Below, in pieces: positions 37,909-40,919 of a DNA stretch of 40,919 nucleotides. Below the pieces are notes generated by a model that was not told the DNA's origin, ran no database searches, and worked only from the letters and a program-made list of their open reading frames with translations. Each line of letters starts with the position of its first letter. Positions within the stretch are counted from its first letter, which is position 1. A program made the position numbers and the translations under genes. Source of the DNA: Candidatus Aenigmatarchaeota archaeon (lineage in GTDB: Archaea; Aenigmatarchaeota; Aenigmatarchaeia; CG10238-14; SpSt-28). The DNA is taken from positions 1-40,919 of the forward strand of contig JAWBMD010000008.1 in the NCBI GenBank assembly GCA_039000985.1, given 5' to 3'.

Positions 37909-40875
37909 TCAATTACTTGGTAACTTGAAAATTTGCTCTATATTATCAAACCAGTACCTTCTGTAACCTTCACTTAAAAGATTTTTATCTTCTGTGAATA
38001 AACATAAAAATACCTTTATTTTCAAATTTTCAAAATTGAATACCTTAGGTGAGTCAGAACTTTCAAAAATTGCCTTAAATCCATCGACCTTGTGTTCAAA
38101 TTCTGTATGTGAAATCCCCTTTGGATCTACGAAAATAATGTAGTAATCATTTCCTCTTTTAAACCAAAATATGAAGTCCGGATAAAACTCTCGAATTTGA
38201 TTTGCTTCAGGTTCGTAATAAGGTATATAGATTTTATCTAAACTTTCATCAATCTTACTAAATAGCCACCAATCAAAATTTAATTTATCGCTATTGTTTT
38301 TAACAAATTTCTCTAGCTTTTTTATAAACTCTACTTCACTTTTGGTTTTAATTATATGTTTTATATAATCTATTTTTTCTCTTTCTGATAGAATAAGTGG
38401 GTTATAATAATGCTCGGTAATATATTTAATTTTCAAATCTTTAAAACTTTCTTCTTGGGAGTATTTTCTTGAGATTTCTTCTAAACGTTTATTATATTCT
38501 TTCTGTGGAATTTTTCCATATTCCTTTTCCAATAGTTCTTGCTCTTTCATTTTATTTGGAAAATTTTTGACTTTATTTATTTTTTCTTTAATTTCTTTCT
38601 GCTCCTCTTCTTCATTAAAGAAAAAAGTTATCTTTTTGAAATGAACTATTTCTTCCTCTAGCTTTTTAAACTTATCCAAATCTTTTAAATTTAAGTTAAA
38701 ATGTCTAAGAAGCTTAAAAATAATTAATCTTAATGGCAAGTTTTCTTCCGGAATTATCCTGTAATATTTGTCCTTGTTTGAAAAAGTATTTCTAATATGC
38801 TGAAGTATTTCTGGGGTTATTTCATGATTAGCAATTATAACTCTATCATCAATAGTATTAAAGTATTCAATAAGCAAATTCAAACAACTATCAGATAACT
38901 CGAATTTTTGTGGATCTCTTTGTAAATATAGTTTTCCTATATCTTTATATACTGGAATAAGTAACATATAAACTTGTGCATTTGGATTTATATCTAATTG
39001 TATTGTTTCTTCCAACCTTTTTCTTATTTCCAAATGTTTTATGACTTCTAATAAAACATTTCTGCTTGTTCCAAAAACAAATAAAGTTTCTAAAGGTAGA
39101 ACTAAATATTCGCCATCCAATTTAACAAACAAACCTTCGTCTTCTCCTTCATTAAACAAATTTTTCAATCTCTTCTTTTTATTTTTTATGGGTTCAATCC
39201 TCACACCTCTTCCAATAGCTTGGATAACAAATTTTTTCGCTTCTGTACCTACACCTATGTTAATAAACAATATTAAATTTGGCCGATTAGAATCCCAACC
39301 CTCATAGAAAGCTCTTGAGCCCATTAAAATACTTATTTCTTCTCTTTCTTCTATCCTTTCAAAGATACTTTTTTCTTCATAACTTTCATTAACTTCATAA
39401 CCTTTTAAATTATCTTTTATCCATTTTAAAGCATCACCTATTTTTATTAAAGCAAAAGGTTTATCACTAGTTTTTAATTTTAACACAGCTTCTTGACGTT
39501 TTTCAGGTATTGTTAGAGCTTCTATACTTCCTGGTTTATCTGCATTAAAAATGTATTGTAGAATATCATTTAATGTAATCTTCTTAATTACACACTCCTC
39601 TAATCTAATAAAAGTATTTTCATAAATAAGTCTTGGGTTTTCGGAAAACTCTTTAATTAATTCTTCGATAGACTCCTTTAATAAATTTTCATCTACTTCT
39701 CCCTTTCCTATACTTTCTATCTGATTAAAGAATAATTTTAAATCGGGTTCTTCTTCTTTTAATTCTGAGAGATTTACTGTGTTAACCAAAGTTAACATTA
39801 AAGGCTCATGATAAGCTTTAGGATCAACTTGTTTAATTTTTTCTCTAAATTTTTTAACATAAGTTTTAACATAAGTAAGCAAAATTAATGCTTTTAAAAC
39901 AATTTTTTTCTTTTCTTTTTCATTGTAATCTTCCTTTTCTCTAAATGCTCTAACTTCTTGTTTTAAAATATAAATATGCTTTCCATATCCATCAGAAATA
40001 AATTTTTCTAAATTAAAATTGAAGCCTGTTGTTAAAACATCTCTTGGATCAACAAAAGTTGCAGAAAAATTAAATAGAAAACCATTTCTTGCCATGATAG
40101 AATATAAAAATTGTCTTTTAGATTCTTCTTTATCTCCCTTATGCGCCTCATCCAAAATTATATACCAATTACCAGCATTTTCATAATTTCTAAAATCTAT
40201 CAACTTTTCTTTTTGTTCATCACTTATGCAATCTGCTTTGTAATAAAAAACAACTATTTCATTAAAAAATTGGACCAGACTTTCTCTTTTAACTTTTTCA
40301 TATTCGGTAAGATCTCTCAGATTAATTTTCAAACCTCTCTTTATTGATGATTCATTAAATTCTTCTACATGCTTTTTGAATTGGTTAATTAAATCCTCTC
40401 TATGTGTTAAAAACAAAATATCTTTTTTAGGAATTTCTCCCCCATCCATTAATCTTTTCAAAACTTCAATCAGCTTAACAATAACTAAAGTTTTTCCCGA
40501 GCCTGTTGCCATCCAGAAGGCTGCTCGATTAATGAAATTTTCAAATTTTATACTCTCATTCTCTACAGGAAAATATTGTTGCAGTATATCAGCTATTTTT
40601 CTCTTAAGTTTTGAAAGCTTAATATTTACAGCTCTTTCTAAATCTTTATCTAAACCATTTAAAACATATCTTTGATAGAATTTCGATTTTTCACCGTTAT
40701 CTTTGTTATAAAATAAATACAAACATTTTATAGCATTTTTAACAGCATTTTGCTGAAAGTCCCATAATTTCTTTTTGGAGGAAAAACTCTCAACATTTAA
40801 AGAATTCCAGTTACTGGGTAAATTTTCGAACTTTATTTCTTCAAGCATCGATTCAAGGATTGGGTGGAAGATCAT
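37909..40875 (-). CDS. Type III restriction-like Res subunit (SF2 helicase plus PD-(D/E)xK nuclease)
   Basis: LWDFQ, FWMATGSGKT, ILDEAH, FSATF, EGWD, QAIGRGVR, FYPDFIFW...FVDPKG. Confidence 0.9.
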   Translation of the reverse strand: MIFHPILESMLEEIKFENLPSNWNSLNVESFSSKKKLWDFQQNAVKNAIKCLYLFYNKDNGEKSKFYQRYVLNGLDKDLERAVNIKLSKLKRKIADILQQYFPVENESIKFENFINRAAFWMATGSGKTLVIVKLIEVLKRLMDGGEIPKKDILFLTHREDLINQFKKHVEEFNESSIKRGLKINLRDLTEYEKVKRESLVQFFNEIVVFYYKADCISDEQKEKLIDFRNYENAGNWYIILDEAHKGDKEESKRQFLYSIMARNGFLFNFSATFVDPRDVLTTGFNFNLEKFISDGYGKHIYILKQEVRAFREKEDYNEKEKKKIVLKALILLTYVKTYVKKFREKIKQVDPKAYHEPLMLTLVNTVNLSELKEEEPDLKLFFNQIESIGKGEVDENLLKESIEELIKEFSENPRLIYENTFIRLEECVIKKITLNDILQYIFNADKPGSIEALTIPEKRQEAVLKLKTSDKPFALIKIGDALKWIKDNLKGYEVNESYEEKSIFERIEEREEISILMGSRAFYEGWDSNRPNLILFINIGVGTEAKKFVIQAIGRGVRIEPIKNKKKRLKNLFNEGEDEGLFVKLDGEYLVLPLETLFVFGTSRNVLLEVIKHLEIRKRLEETIQLDINPNAQVYMLLIPVYKDIGKLYLQRDPQKFELSDSCLNLLIEYFNTIDDRVIIANHEITPEILQHIRNTFSNKDKYYRIIPEENLPLRLIIFKLLRHFNLNLKDLDKFKKLEEEIVHFKKITFFFNEEEEQKEIKEKINKVKNFPNKMKEQELLEKEYGKIPQKEYNKRLEEISRKYSQEESFKDLKIKYITEHYYNPLILSEREKIDYIKHIIKTKSEVEFIKKLEKFVKNNSDKLNFDWWLFSKIDESLDKIYIPYYEPEANQIREFYPDFIFWFKRGNDYYIIFVDPKGISHTEFEHKVDGFKAIFESSDSPKVFNFENLKIKVFLCLFTEDKNLLSEGYRRYWFDNIEQIFKLPSN

Positions 40876-40919
40876 TTTGACTCAAGTTTTTTTCTCTAAT
40901 CTCAACACCCAACTAAAAT

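Overview
AT-rich, gene-dense archaeal chromosome segment. Markers are thermosome, FtsZ-SecE, RtcA, a CCA-less tRNA-Ser and an archaeal LonB-type fold; the gene style suggests a DPANN-type archaeon (inference). Left 12 kb: an unusual membrane-proteolysis cluster. It has a LonB-like protein with degenerate ATPase and Ser-Lys motifs, two genes sharing an SPFH-type N-terminal module (one fused to a HEXXH domain), a membrane-anchored M14 peptidase, a Tat-signal protein, several 2-TM proteins, and an ArcE/COG2403-type P-loop enzyme. Middle: thermosome, 2-oxoacid:ferredoxin oxidoreductase alpha/beta, ftsZ-secE, two diverged paralogues sharing an exactly identical 155-bp core, a decayed MtrA-like/thymidylate-synthase/DUF4346 fusion, sHSPs, a flippase, a secretion ATPase, glycosyltransferases, and a copper islet beside tRNA-Ser(GCT). 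Right: RtcA, a threonine-synthase-like enzyme, a small HTH gene, and a coiled-coil/wHTH gene whose coding sequence carries 17 helically phased KCGMTT (AAKCGMTT palindrome-like) sites. That gene sits next to a ~590-bp AT-rich non-coding region and a type III-like restriction helicase-nuclease. All family calls come from motif recognition by eye, without database searches.
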